From positions 5,600,001 to 5,664,000 of the forward strand of contig OZ253462.1 of the NCBI GenBank assembly GCA_965261395.1: DNA of 64,000 bases, read 5' to 3'. Below the pieces are notes generated by a model. The model had not been told where the DNA came from. It made no database searches and saw only the letters and a program-made list of their open reading frames with translations. The position numbers and the translations under genes are program-made. Position 1 is the stretch's first letter; each line of letters opens with the position of its first letter. This document shows positions 26,116 through 34,840 of this stretch, piece by piece. Source of the stretch: Candidatus Latescibacterota bacterium. Its GTDB lineage: Bacteria > Latescibacterota > UBA2968 > UBA8231.

Positions 26116-27477
26116 GTGGACTTTCGACTCAACGACGACGAGATGCTCGCCTTTATCGCGCGGGGGTACCATATCTTGCACCCCGCAATCGACGCGGATA
26201 TACACCAAGCGGTTTGCGCGCAGACCCGCGCCGCCTTTGTCCAAGGCGAAAATCCCGGCAACGCCATCTACGAGCAGGTCCCGGCACTTGCGCAGGTATT
26301 GTCGTATCCGCAGGTGGTGGGGGCGCTGACGAGCATCTTGGGCGCGGATTATCACCTGCTCTGCCACCGCCATGCCCACCTGACCCAACCCGGCCAAGCC
26401 GCCGGCGGGTTTCACCAAGACGGGACGCCGCGGGCCTTGCGGGGCTGGACCCGCCCTTGGCGCTATGGTCACCGGCCGCGCAAGGTGCTGCTGGTGTACT
26501 TCCCCCATGCGGTGCCCAAAGAGTTGGGGCCGACGACCTTGGCACCTGGGTCGCAATACTATCGGCAGCGGCCCGAAGCGATGGAGGCCTTGGAATGCGG
26601 GATCGAGGGCGAGGCCGGGGTGATGGCCATCTGCCATTTCTCGTGCTGGCACCGGGCCGGGGCTAATACAAGCGACACCGAGCGGATTATGCTCAAGTTT
26701 GTCTTCGACCGCCGGGGCGAGCCGCAAGGGCCTAGCTGGCAGGCCACAGCGAACTACAATCCCGATTTTGCCGCGACCGCGCGCCAATGGTCGGCACTTC
26801 CCGACGGACGCTTGTTGTGCCTGCCCAAGACTTGGCAAACCATGTGGAACTGGCTTGGCGGCCGCGGGGCCGAGCGGCTCGGTGGCACGGAGTCGGTGGC
26901 GTCGCTATTCAAAGGCTTAGCGTCGGACCAGGAACACGAGGCCCTGGAGGCGGCCTATGGTCTGGGTGGGCAAGTAGATGCCGATGGAGCGCGGGCTTTA
27001 GCCGCCCGGATGCGCCACGGGGGCGAGCAAGAGCGCGAGATGGCGGCGGTGGCACTGAGTGCGGCGGGCCGCGTTGCAGTGGATGCGCTGCGCGAGACGC
27101 TGGCGGACCCCGATCCCTATCTGCGAGCGATGGCCGCGGATATCGCGGGTGATCTGGGGAGCGAAAGCCTAGCGCTGGTACCCGATGTGGAACGCGCTAT
27201 AGACGACGAGGATGTCTGGGTGCGGCACAATGCGCTACAGACGCTGTCACTATGGGGCCGGGAGGCGCGCGGTGCGGAGGAGCGGGTAGTAGAGGCGCTA
27301 ACCGACGCCGAGCCTTTTGTGCGCTTTAACGCCCTCGGCGCGCTGATGAATATGCGTCCCTTGGATGCGCGTTGTGCCGAGTGGTTGCAGCATATCGCCA
27401 CCAACGATGCAGCGCACCCCCAATGGCAGGCACAAGATGCGTTGCGGCGGTGGGACAACGCGGCGTTGCGCTATTGA
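26116..27477 (+). CDS. PhyH-like Fe(II)/2-oxoglutarate dioxygenase fused to HEAT repeats
   Basis: GTG 26116 after a GAGGAGG RBS; FHQDG (HxD), GPT.LAPGSQ, WHRAGAN; C-terminal LADPDPYLR, DEDVWVR and DAEPFVR HEAT-like repeats. Confidence 0.8.
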   Translation: MDFRLNDDEMLAFIARGYHILHPAIDADIHQAVCAQTRAAFVQGENPGNAIYEQVPALAQVLSYPQVVGALTSILGADYHLLCHRHAHLTQPGQAAGGFHQDGTPRALRGWTRPWRYGHRPRKVLLVYFPHAVPKELGPTTLAPGSQYYRQRPEAMEALECGIEGEAGVMAICHFSCWHRAGANTSDTERIMLKFVFDRRGEPQGPSWQATANYNPDFAATARQWSALPDGRLLCLPKTWQTMWNWLGGRGAERLGGTESVASLFKGLASDQEHEALEAAYGLGGQVDADGARALAARMRHGGEQEREMAAVALSAAGRVAVDALRETLADPDPYLRAMAADIAGDLGSESLALVPDVERAIDDEDVWVRHNALQTLSLWGREARGAEERVVEALTDAEPFVRFNALGALMNMRPLDARCAEWLQHIATNDAAHPQWQAQDALRRWDNAALRY

Positions 27478-27517
27478 TAGAGAACGACCAGAGCGAGTTG
27501 CGCTGAAAGGAAAAACC

Positions 27518-28933
27518 ATGCACGAGACCAACCTACTGAGAGCCGGAGCGGCGATGATCGACATTACTCCGCCTGCGGGGACGCATCTGGCGGGCAGCGG
27601 GGCTGGCGAGCACCGCCCAGCCCAAGCCGTGATGGATCCGCTCTTTGCCAAAGCCATCGTCTTTGAGTCGGGTGGGCAGCGCGTCTGTATGGTGATATCA
27701 GATCTGACCATTGTCACCGGCGACTACACGGACCAAATCCGCGCCGCCATCGGCGAGCAAACGGGCATCGCGCCGGAGGCGATCATGATCCAAGCGACCC
27801 AGACGCATTCCGCCCCGAGCCTCGGCTACTTTATGCTGGATCCAGATTTCCCATTGGAGACCACTGCGGAGACCGAGTATCTGCGCGGGGCCGAACGCGC
27901 CTACAGCGACCGGGCCGCTGCCGCCGCAGTCGAAGCCGCAGTCGAAGCGGTGAGTAAACTGCAACCTGTGCGCATCGGTTTGGGGCGCGGCGTGTTGGGC
28001 GACTTGGCTTTCAATCGCCGTGGCGTGCGCCGCGACGGCACCATTGCCATGCCCAAGCCGCAAGGTCGGGAACAGCAGCCGTTCGGGATCGCGGATATCT
28101 GCTATCTCGAAGGACCGATGGACCCGGAAGTCGGCGTGTGCTGCGTACAGGATATGAATATGCAGCCGCTGGCCTTTCTCCTGCACTACACCTGCCACCC
28201 GGTCAATGCGTTCGGGTACCGCGAGACCTACCGGGCCGTGTCGGCGGATTGGCCTGGCGCTTGGGCGCGGGAGATGCAGCAGCTATTCGGTGGCGACGCA
28301 GTGCCGTTGGTCGTCAACGGCTGCTGCGGCAACATCAACCCCTGGCATCCCTTCGACCCAGATTGCCGGCCGGACCACCAGCGGATGGGGCGCGAGCTAG
28401 CCCAGATGAGCGAACGAATCGTGCACAATATGGCCTTTGCCAACGATGCTGCGTTGGATTGTAGAATCGAAAAGGTCGGCCTACCCTATCGCGAGATTCC
28501 GGCCGAGCGGTTGCGAGAGGTCAACGCGATTCTCGCCAAGGATCCGCAACCGCCACGCGGCGCAAACGGCGAAGTGGATCCGCACTGGTTCCGGGCCGCA
28601 TCGACCCACAGCGTCGAACTAGCCCGGCAGCGGGACGCTGAATTCCCCTATGAGATCCAGGCTTTCCGCATCGGCGACCTCGGCGTAATTGGCCTGCCTG
28701 GCGAACCTTTTGTCGAAGGACAGCTCGCGCTCAAAACGAACTCAGCAGCGCCTTTTCTCTTTCCAGCGCACCTCACGACGCACTATGTAGGCTACCTGCC
28801 GACGCGGGCAGCCTACGCCCGAGGCGGCCACGAGGCCAACGAAGACGTTACCTACTGGGCCAAGCTCGCCCCCGGCAGCCTCGAAACGGTCGTCGAGCAG
28901 GCCCGGACGCTGGTGGAAGAACTGTTTGTATGA
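27518..28933 (+). CDS. Neutral/alkaline ceramidase-like hydrolase
   Basis: DITPP, DPLFAKA, ATQTHSAP, FNRR, YTCHP, SADWPG, GCCGNINP, LPGEPF, GYLPT...GGHE. Confidence 0.8.
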   Translation: MHETNLLRAGAAMIDITPPAGTHLAGSGAGEHRPAQAVMDPLFAKAIVFESGGQRVCMVISDLTIVTGDYTDQIRAAIGEQTGIAPEAIMIQATQTHSAPSLGYFMLDPDFPLETTAETEYLRGAERAYSDRAAAAAVEAAVEAVSKLQPVRIGLGRGVLGDLAFNRRGVRRDGTIAMPKPQGREQQPFGIADICYLEGPMDPEVGVCCVQDMNMQPLAFLLHYTCHPVNAFGYRETYRAVSADWPGAWAREMQQLFGGDAVPLVVNGCCGNINPWHPFDPDCRPDHQRMGRELAQMSERIVHNMAFANDAALDCRIEKVGLPYREIPAERLREVNAILAKDPQPPRGANGEVDPHWFRAASTHSVELARQRDAEFPYEIQAFRIGDLGVIGLPGEPFVEGQLALKTNSAAPFLFPAHLTTHYVGYLPTRAAYARGGHEANEDVTYWAKLAPGSLETVVEQARTLVEELFV

Positions 28934-29093
28934 GTTAGGGATCGCAGGCGTTCACGTACGGGAGGATGGGAGTCCGACGAACCCAACTTCACGCTCCCCT
29001 CTGTCGGCCGCTTCCTGAATGCGAATGACGTCACGCGTCGAGCGCAGCACGGCAGCGGTATCGAGTCCGTTGGCGGGCACTTTGTTAGTTTTT

Positions 29094-30811
29094 TTACTCA
29101 AAGGGATCGCCTCTCCGTCCGCCAAGATATTCGTCTGCAAGTTCTAGAAGCTCATCTGCTCTATCCAGCTTTGCAATTTTCAGACTCTCAATCCGTTCCT
29201 TCAGCGTTGCCTCGTCACCGTAAAGTTCGATCAGTTCATTCCAAGCTAAACGCGGAGAGCGTTGGACTGCCCGGCTTTCCATTGATTGACCTAAGGCTTC
29301 ACTCCGAGCAGCACGAAGCAGAGCTAACGTCAATTTAGGTGAATTGTCGATTGTGAACGGGCTTTCCGATGGACCAGCAGCCTGTTTCATACAAAGAAAA
29401 ATCCTTAAAAGTTCATGCTCATCCGCCAGAGTATCAACCGAGGCTAGTCGCACTTCGTCACGCCAATCCTTCTCAAACTCTGATGCCATTTGTTCCGCTA
29501 CTAACTCATGGCCAACGCCGTCTTGGTACCCGACAATGCTGATCAGTTCCAATTTCGAAGACAAGGACCTCAACTCAGGTAGGATCTGGCGTACTGCTTT
29601 TTCAACTTTAGCAGGGTCATTCAAAGATTTCAAGAGGCGAGAAGAGACATAAGGAACGGCCCGTCTAGAATGCAAATCAAACATGCTCCTCTGTCGCTCG
29701 GGAAGTGGCAAAAGATTAAGCAATACGATCGTTCCCGACACTACGTGTTCTGAGGCGAGCTGTTCCTCGAATACCTCTAACGATATTATAACATCCTGTA
29801 GTTGTGACGGATCGAGAGAACGCAAGTAGTTATCGAAGGCATCACGATCAGCGATGTATTTCCATGCCTGCTCTGCTCCCATAACGGCTTGCAGATTTTC
29901 ATTGGCGATACGCTCCAAGTAAAGCCGCAGAATATCCCCATGTGCGACGCGACGCTCCTTAAGCCATTTATTCTTCCAGCTACTGCCGTAGGCGTTGGGA
30001 ATATTACCAATACAATACTCCCCAACCGGAAAGAGTCTCCTAATCATACTTTCAACGATGTGCCTTTGATCTCTACCGGCCTCGATCAAGCCATTGACCT
30101 GTGCTTTAAGGTGAGTCGGATCGATGAGACCGACAGAGGCGGAATCGGATGTAAGACCGTCAATGGCACCGTGCAAGAGCTTGAAAACGTCTGGAAGGAA
30201 CATGCGAATGGCTTCGAGTGCTAGTAGGTCGGCAAGCTCGATTTGTCCATTAAGGGAGCTTACGGTACCATGGACGGCAGCAGCGTATCGTCTAACATCT
30301 CGCATATTTCGGATAAGTGGCTGGATGATCTCCATACGTATATCTGGCCAGACTTGCTCATCAAACGGGCCGGTATTTTCTATATTGTCAAGGGTTTTAT
30401 CCAAGGCCGAGGTTATCTGCTGGTGAAGCACATGACTAGGCACTACAGGCAAATCAACCACGTCTTGAAGGATTTTCTCAAATAGTCGCGCCCCGGTACT
30501 CCCTGCTCACCAAGTGCCTCTTCGACGCGCTCTCGGTCAAAGGCCACGATATAAATGATATGGGGAAAGTTAGCCGTCAGCCGAACCAGCTTGAAAACGT
30601 CTCGGATTTCAGATGTCTCCAACCGATCAATGTCGTCGAGTATCACTACAATCGGTTTATCGAGATCAGAAAGAGCTTTTTCGAGCTTGCTGCGCTGACC
30701 ACCAACACCTTCTTTCCGATGCTGAAGGAGCTTGCCTGTGATTTTCGTTGCACCGCGAAATCGATCAAGCCATGTACCGACAACAGGCAGCCATCCTATT
30801 GAGTCCTGCAA
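29094..30811 (-). pseudogene. KAP-family P-loop NTPase, 5'-truncated and frameshifted
   Basis: Walker B VVILDDIDRL and FKLVRLTANFP..IYIVAFDR in 30443-30811. The expected DYLEKILQ is split by a 1-nt loss near 30478 and continues in 29094-30461 (RNMRDVRRY). No Walker A present. Confidence 0.85.
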
Positions 30812-30829
30812 ATATAAAGGAATGTTTTA

Positions 30830-30962
30830 CAGTTTAAGTTGTGCATACTTGAAGAAGCCTCTAATCAGGTCGTTATCGTGATGCTGGGCGGTGATCGACA
30901 TGCAGACCGCATCTGCTACGTCGTCGATGTGGTCTGGAATGAAGTTGGCTAGATCGCCATAC
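30830..30962 (-). pseudogene. Orphan 3' gene fragment of unknown identity
   Basis: Open frame YGDLANFIPDHIDDVADAVCMSITAQHHDNDLIRGFFKYAQLKL* directly beside the IS end, with no start of its own. Confidence 0.4.
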
Positions 30963-30965
30963 TTA

Positions 30966-31866
30966 GAGTCTCTAACAAACCCTTTTTATGTCGTTTAGGC
31001 TGATCTATATTCATTTGTTCGGTATTGATGCTACTCCCTTGGTATGGAGGTTTGTTCATGGCCCAGCCCGTACTCGACGATGCGTTATGGGAACTCATTG
31101 AACCGGTTTTACCCCCCGATGTAGCCAAGCCCAAAGGCGGTCGGCCCCCGCTGGATAATCGTCGGGTGCTGACCGGCCTGGTCTTTGTGCTCAAGACGGG
31201 CATCCCTTGGGAGTATTTGCCGCAAGAGTTGGGGTGCGGCTCGGGGATGACCTGCTGGCGTCGGCGGCGGGCTTGGCAGCAAGCCGGGGTCTGGAAGCGC
31301 GTCCACCATATTCTGTTGAACCAACTACGGGCGGCCGACCGGATCGACGGGTCTCGGGCGGTGATCGATAGTGCCTCGGTGCGGGCGGTTGGGGGGGGGC
31401 GCACCCCGGTCCCAATCCGACCGATCGGGGCAAACCGGGCAGCAAACATCATGTAATCACCGATGCACAGGGGGTCCCGTTGGCCGCCAGCGTGACGGGG
31501 GCGCATCGGCATGATGTGACGCAGTTGTTGCCGTTGGTGGATCGCATCCCTGCGGTGGCCGGTCGAGTCGGCCGACCGCGTCGTCGCCCCGATCAGGTGC
31601 AAGGCGACCGGGCCTATGATTCGCAAGCGCATCGGCGCGCCTTGCAAAAGCGGGGCATCGGCGCGGTGTTGGCGCGGCGGGGACAAGCCCACGGCAGCGG
31701 CTTGGGCGTCTATCGGTGGGTGGTGGAACGGACGTTGGCGTGGTTGCATCAGTTTCGGCGGTTACGAGTGCGCTGGGAGCGGCGAGCCGAAATCCATGAG
31801 GCCTTCCTCGACATCGGATGTATACTCATCTGTTGGAACCACCTCAAAGAGTTTTGTTAGGAACTC
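30966..31866 (+). mobile_element. IS5-family insertion sequence (about 900 bp) with split transposase
   Basis: Imperfect terminal inverted repeats GAGTCTCTAACAAA / TTTGTTAGGAACTC; TTA on both flanks (30963-30965 and 31867-31869). Confidence 0.92.
31058..31860 (+). CDS. IS5-family transposase, orfA/orfB joined by a probable -1 frameshift
   Basis: orfA: W.LIEP.LP...GGRP, VLKTGIPW..LP.ELG, IDSASVRA. A G9 run lies at 31391-31399. The -1 frame gives GPNPTDRGKPGSKHH, GDRAYDS and RWVVERT.AWL..FRRL. Confidence 0.9.
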
Positions 31867-32033
31867 TTATAGTACATCCCCTCCATACTCGGGATGTCTA
31901 GGAAGCGCACCTCAATATCAAGTCGTTGGGCTAAGTCGTAGACACAGACGGCGCTATCCAAGCCGTAACCAGCGCTTCTACGCATACGGAGGGCCTTAGC
32001 AACGGCCTGCATAGCGATAGTCTTCCGGTTCAT
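31867..32033 (-). pseudogene. N-terminus of an ImmA/IrrE (CapP-like) metallopeptidase, truncated by the IS
   Basis: Below the ORF-track cut-off. MNRKTIAMQAVAKALRMRRSAGYGLDSAVCVYDLAQRLDIEVRFLDIPSMEGMYY; ATG overlaps the HTH stop (TGATG). The HExxH-containing part is missing. Confidence 0.75.
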
Positions 32034-32380
32034 CACGTTGAGGTGTCCTCTGAAGTCTTTAAAGCTCGAATGAGTTGTAATAGGCGATCAAGGTCTTCAT
32101 CCCTCAGCTTGCTTAACTCGCGAGCCGCAAGCTTTGCTCTATCGCTAGTAGGATCTGACTCATCCTCTCCAGTGATCCAGGGTACGTTTACACCGTAAAG
32201 GTCGGAGAATGCCGATAGTTCCTCGGCCGCTACCTTTCGACGGCCTGCTTCAATCTCGGACACTGTCGGCCTGTGCCATCCTAGGTGTTTGGCAACCTGA
32301 CCCTGAGTGAGCCCGGCCATCTCCCTTGCCAGTCGTAGGCGCGAAGCGATGGTTTGACGGAGTAACTCCTGCTTGTTCAT
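32033..32380 (-). CDS. XRE-family HTH regulator, CapH-like
   Basis: RLRLAREMAGLTQGQVAKHLGWHRPTVSEIEAGRRKV and a C-terminal helix LAARELSKL..EDLDRLL; directly upstream of the peptidase remnant. Confidence 0.85.
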   Translation of the reverse strand: MNKQELLRQTIASRLRLAREMAGLTQGQVAKHLGWHRPTVSEIEAGRRKVAAEELSAFSDLYGVNVPWITGEDESDPTSDRAKLAARELSKLRDEDLDRLLQLIRALKTSEDTST

Positions 32381-32664
32381 ATGACGCTAGCCTCCACATC
32401 CATGATGCTGCATAAGTTGTCTGCGATCTCACTGACTGAGAGATTTCGGTGCCCTTCTTCGGGTAGGAAGACACTGTCAGGTAGGTCTACGCCTAGAGAC
32501 TCAGATAGGATGACCGTAGCTTCGACGCTGCTTAAGCTGTCAAAGCCCTCGACATTTGCGAAAGGGCACGTGTTGGGGCTAATCTCGGCGACCGTCCTCC
32601 CGCTGGTCTCTTGGACCTGCCTAATTGAGTCGGCGACCTTGTCCATAACCTCATTTTTATCCAT
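32377..32664 (-). CDS. Acyl-carrier-protein-like small acidic protein
   Basis: 95 aa from ATG 32664; GFDSLSSVE resembles the phosphopantetheine attachment motif G.DSL; C-terminal SVSEIAD helix; stop overlaps the HTH start (ATGA). Confidence 0.75.
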   Translation of the reverse strand: MDKNEVMDKVADSIRQVQETSGRTVAEISPNTCPFANVEGFDSLSSVEATVILSESLGVDLPDSVFLPEEGHRNLSVSEIADNLCSIMDVEASVI

Positions 32665-32685
32665 ATGCTTCTTCCCTTTTACATG

Positions 32686-32724
32686 TGGTAAGAAAATATT
32701 ACCAATCAAAGCATTGTTTGTCAA
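32686..32724 (-). promoter_or_regulatory. Sigma70 promoter with an overlapping palindromic operator candidate
   Basis: TTGACA (32724-32719)-17 bp-TAATAT (32701-32696); inverted repeat TGGTAA-N7-TTACCA at 32686-32704. Confidence 0.7.
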
Positions 32725-32933
32725 GTCTCACATGCGGGATGTCGCCGTGCACGGTTTTTCGTCTGATTTTGGAAGCCGACGCCCATTGCAGAAAATAGGC
32801 CCATCACCGCGGCCGACGGCGGCCCTCTGGCATGTCCGCTAGCAGGCCGAATGAGATCAGTCTGACTAACAGCCGAATAGTTGGCTGCCCAGCCCGTTTA
32901 AGCCGCATTCATGGCTTGCCTCTCGCGTCGAGG

Positions 32934-32962
32934 TTGAAAGTTCCTTAAGACGGCAATACATT
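32934..32962 (+). promoter_or_regulatory. Sigma70-like promoter of the downstream operon
   Basis: TTGAAA-17 bp-TACATT. Confidence 0.5.
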
Positions 32963-33035
32963 CTTGTGCTGTTTAACTCAGGAGTAGGGCGAGCGGCGGA
33001 TTGCCGGACCACTAGCGGAGAAAGGAGCCTACATA

Positions 33036-33971
33036 ATGCGCGTGCTGATTACCGGTGGCGCGGGTTTCTTAGGGTCGCATCTGAGCGACCTACTGCTGGA
33101 AAAAGGCTGCGAAATCATCTGCATGGACAACCTCCTTACGGGTCGGCCCGAGAACATCGCCCACCTGCTCGGCCATCCGCGGTTCCAGTTTGTTCAACAC
33201 GATGCCACCAACTACATCCACGTAGATGGTCCGCTCGACTTCATCCTGCACCTCGCCAGCCCGGCTAGCCCGGCCGACTTCGAGAAGTTGGGCATCAAAA
33301 TCCTCAAAGTTGGCTCGTTAGGCACGCACAAGACCTTGGGGTTGGCTGTGGCCAAGCAGGCCAAGTTCCTACTGGCCTCCACTTCGGAAGTCTATGGCGA
33401 CCCTTTGGTGCATCCCCAGTCCGAGGAGTACCTCGGCAACGTCAACCCCATTGGCATCCGCGGCGTGTACGACGAGGCCAAGCGCTTTGCCGAGGCCATG
33501 ACCATGGCGTACCACCGCCTGCACGGCACGGACGTGCGCATTGCGCGCATATTCAATACGTATGGCGAACGCATGCGCCAAGACGACGGTCGGGCCGTGC
33601 CCAACTTCATCATCCAAGCCCTCAAGGGCGACGATCTGACCGTCTATGGCGACGGCCAGCAAACGCGCAGCATCTGCCATTACAGCGACCTGATCGCCGG
33701 CCTCTACAAGCTCATGCTGTCCGACGTGACCACCCCGGTCAACCTCGGCAACCCCAGTGAAATCACCATGCTAGACTTGGCCCACAAGATCATCGCCATG
33801 ACTGGGTCCAAGAGCCGCATCGCCTTCCGCGATCTGCCCCAGGACGACCCCCGGGTCCGCCTGCCCGACATTGCCAAGGCCCGCTCCCTGCTCGGCTGGA
33901 CGCCCTGCGTGGGGCCGGACGAAGGGTTGGGCCGGACGATTGCATGGTTCAAACGAGAATTGGAGAAATAG
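33036..33971 (+). CDS. UDP-glucuronate decarboxylase-like extended SDR
   Basis: [49 protein letters not shown]. Confidence 0.92.
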   Translation: MRVLITGGAGFLGSHLSDLLLEKGCEIICMDNLLTGRPENIAHLLGHPRFQFVQHDATNYIHVDGPLDFILHLASPASPADFEKLGIKILKVGSLGTHKTLGLAVAKQAKFLLASTSEVYGDPLVHPQSEEYLGNVNPIGIRGVYDEAKRFAEAMTMAYHRLHGTDVRIARIFNTYGERMRQDDGRAVPNFIIQALKGDDLTVYGDGQQTRSICHYSDLIAGLYKLMLSDVTTPVNLGNPSEITMLDLAHKIIAMTGSKSRIAFRDLPQDDPRVRLPDIAKARSLLGWTPCVGPDEGLGRTIAWFKRELEK

Positions 33972-33973
33972 CT

Positions 33974-34840
33974 ATGTGTGCCTTTGATCTGCGAGAAAAC
34001 GCCCTCGGCGTTGAAATCCACGCGGCCAACCGGCTGCTCGCCCTGTATCGCACCACCGAGGAACTGCCCCGCAGCGAATCCCCCAAGCCCTGCTTCGCGC
34101 CCTTGTACACGCTTTCCGGTCAGCTCGTCACCGAGTACCGTCCACCCGACCACGCTTGGCACACCGGGCTGTACTTCGGCTGGGTCCACGTCAACGATGC
34201 GAACTTGTGGGGCGGGCCTTGGTATTTGCCGGAAAAAAAGAAATACGAACACGTCGCCGACAGCCACGGCGTGCAACGGCACGATCGCTTCACGGCTTTG
34301 GGCGCGGACTATGTGGCTGAGTCGCTTTCTTGGCTCGATGGCCGCGATCAGCTCATGGCGCTGGAGTCGCGCTCTTTTGGCTTTTATAGCACTGAGGGCG
34401 GCTACTGCTTGCGGGTCTCCACGCGCATTGAGCCAGCCGGCGACCGGCTGGTGATGGGGGCCTCGCGGGCGGCGCGCTACTCGGGGTTGGAACTGCGCAT
34501 GGGGCCTCCCTTTGCCGAGGCCGCCCACTATTGCAGCGAGGGACGCCACGGCCACGCGGATATCATGGGGCAGCACGCCCGTTGGGTGGGGGCGCGCGGG
34601 AAAAGCGGCGGCTTCGTCGCGCTCATGGATCACCCGGCCAACCCGCGCCACCCGGTCTCTTGGTTTACCCGCGCCAACTTGCTGGGCACGGGCCTGCTGA
34701 TGGGAGGCGACTTAGAGCTAGCCGCCGGCGAGTGTTTGGAACTGCACTATGCCTTCTTCGTCTTAGACCAAGACCCCGGCCCCGCACAGCTAGAAGCCCT
34801 GTACGCGGACTTTGCTGCTTCTCCTGGAGAATTGCCATGA
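33974..34840 (+). CDS. DUF6807/'PmoA-like' (PF14100-type) hypothetical protein
   Basis: KPCFAPLYT.SG, P.DHAWHTGL.F, YSGL..R, MDHPANPRHPVSW. Confidence 0.65.
   Translation: MCAFDLRENALGVEIHAANRLLALYRTTEELPRSESPKPCFAPLYTLSGQLVTEYRPPDHAWHTGLYFGWVHVNDANLWGGPWYLPEKKKYEHVADSHGVQRHDRFTALGADYVAESLSWLDGRDQLMALESRSFGFYSTEGGYCLRVSTRIEPAGDRLVMGASRAARYSGLELRMGPPFAEAAHYCSEGRHGHADIMGQHARWVGARGKSGGFVALMDHPANPRHPVSWFTRANLLGTGLLMGGDLELAAGECLELHYAFFVLDQDPGPAQLEALYADFAASPGELP

Noticed and set aside
30949-31749. 266-aa ORF antisense to the transposase
   Set aside because: Best explained as a shadow frame of the IS5 transposase; no independent evidence of function.
32860-32900. CTAAC...hairpin as an integron attC site
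   Set aside because: No matching GTTRRRY end with a proper long dyad, and no integrase or cassette array.
33974-34840. Methane monooxygenase because of the 'PmoA' family label
   Set aside because: A soluble protein with no TM helices and no pmoB/pmoC; the family name is misleading.
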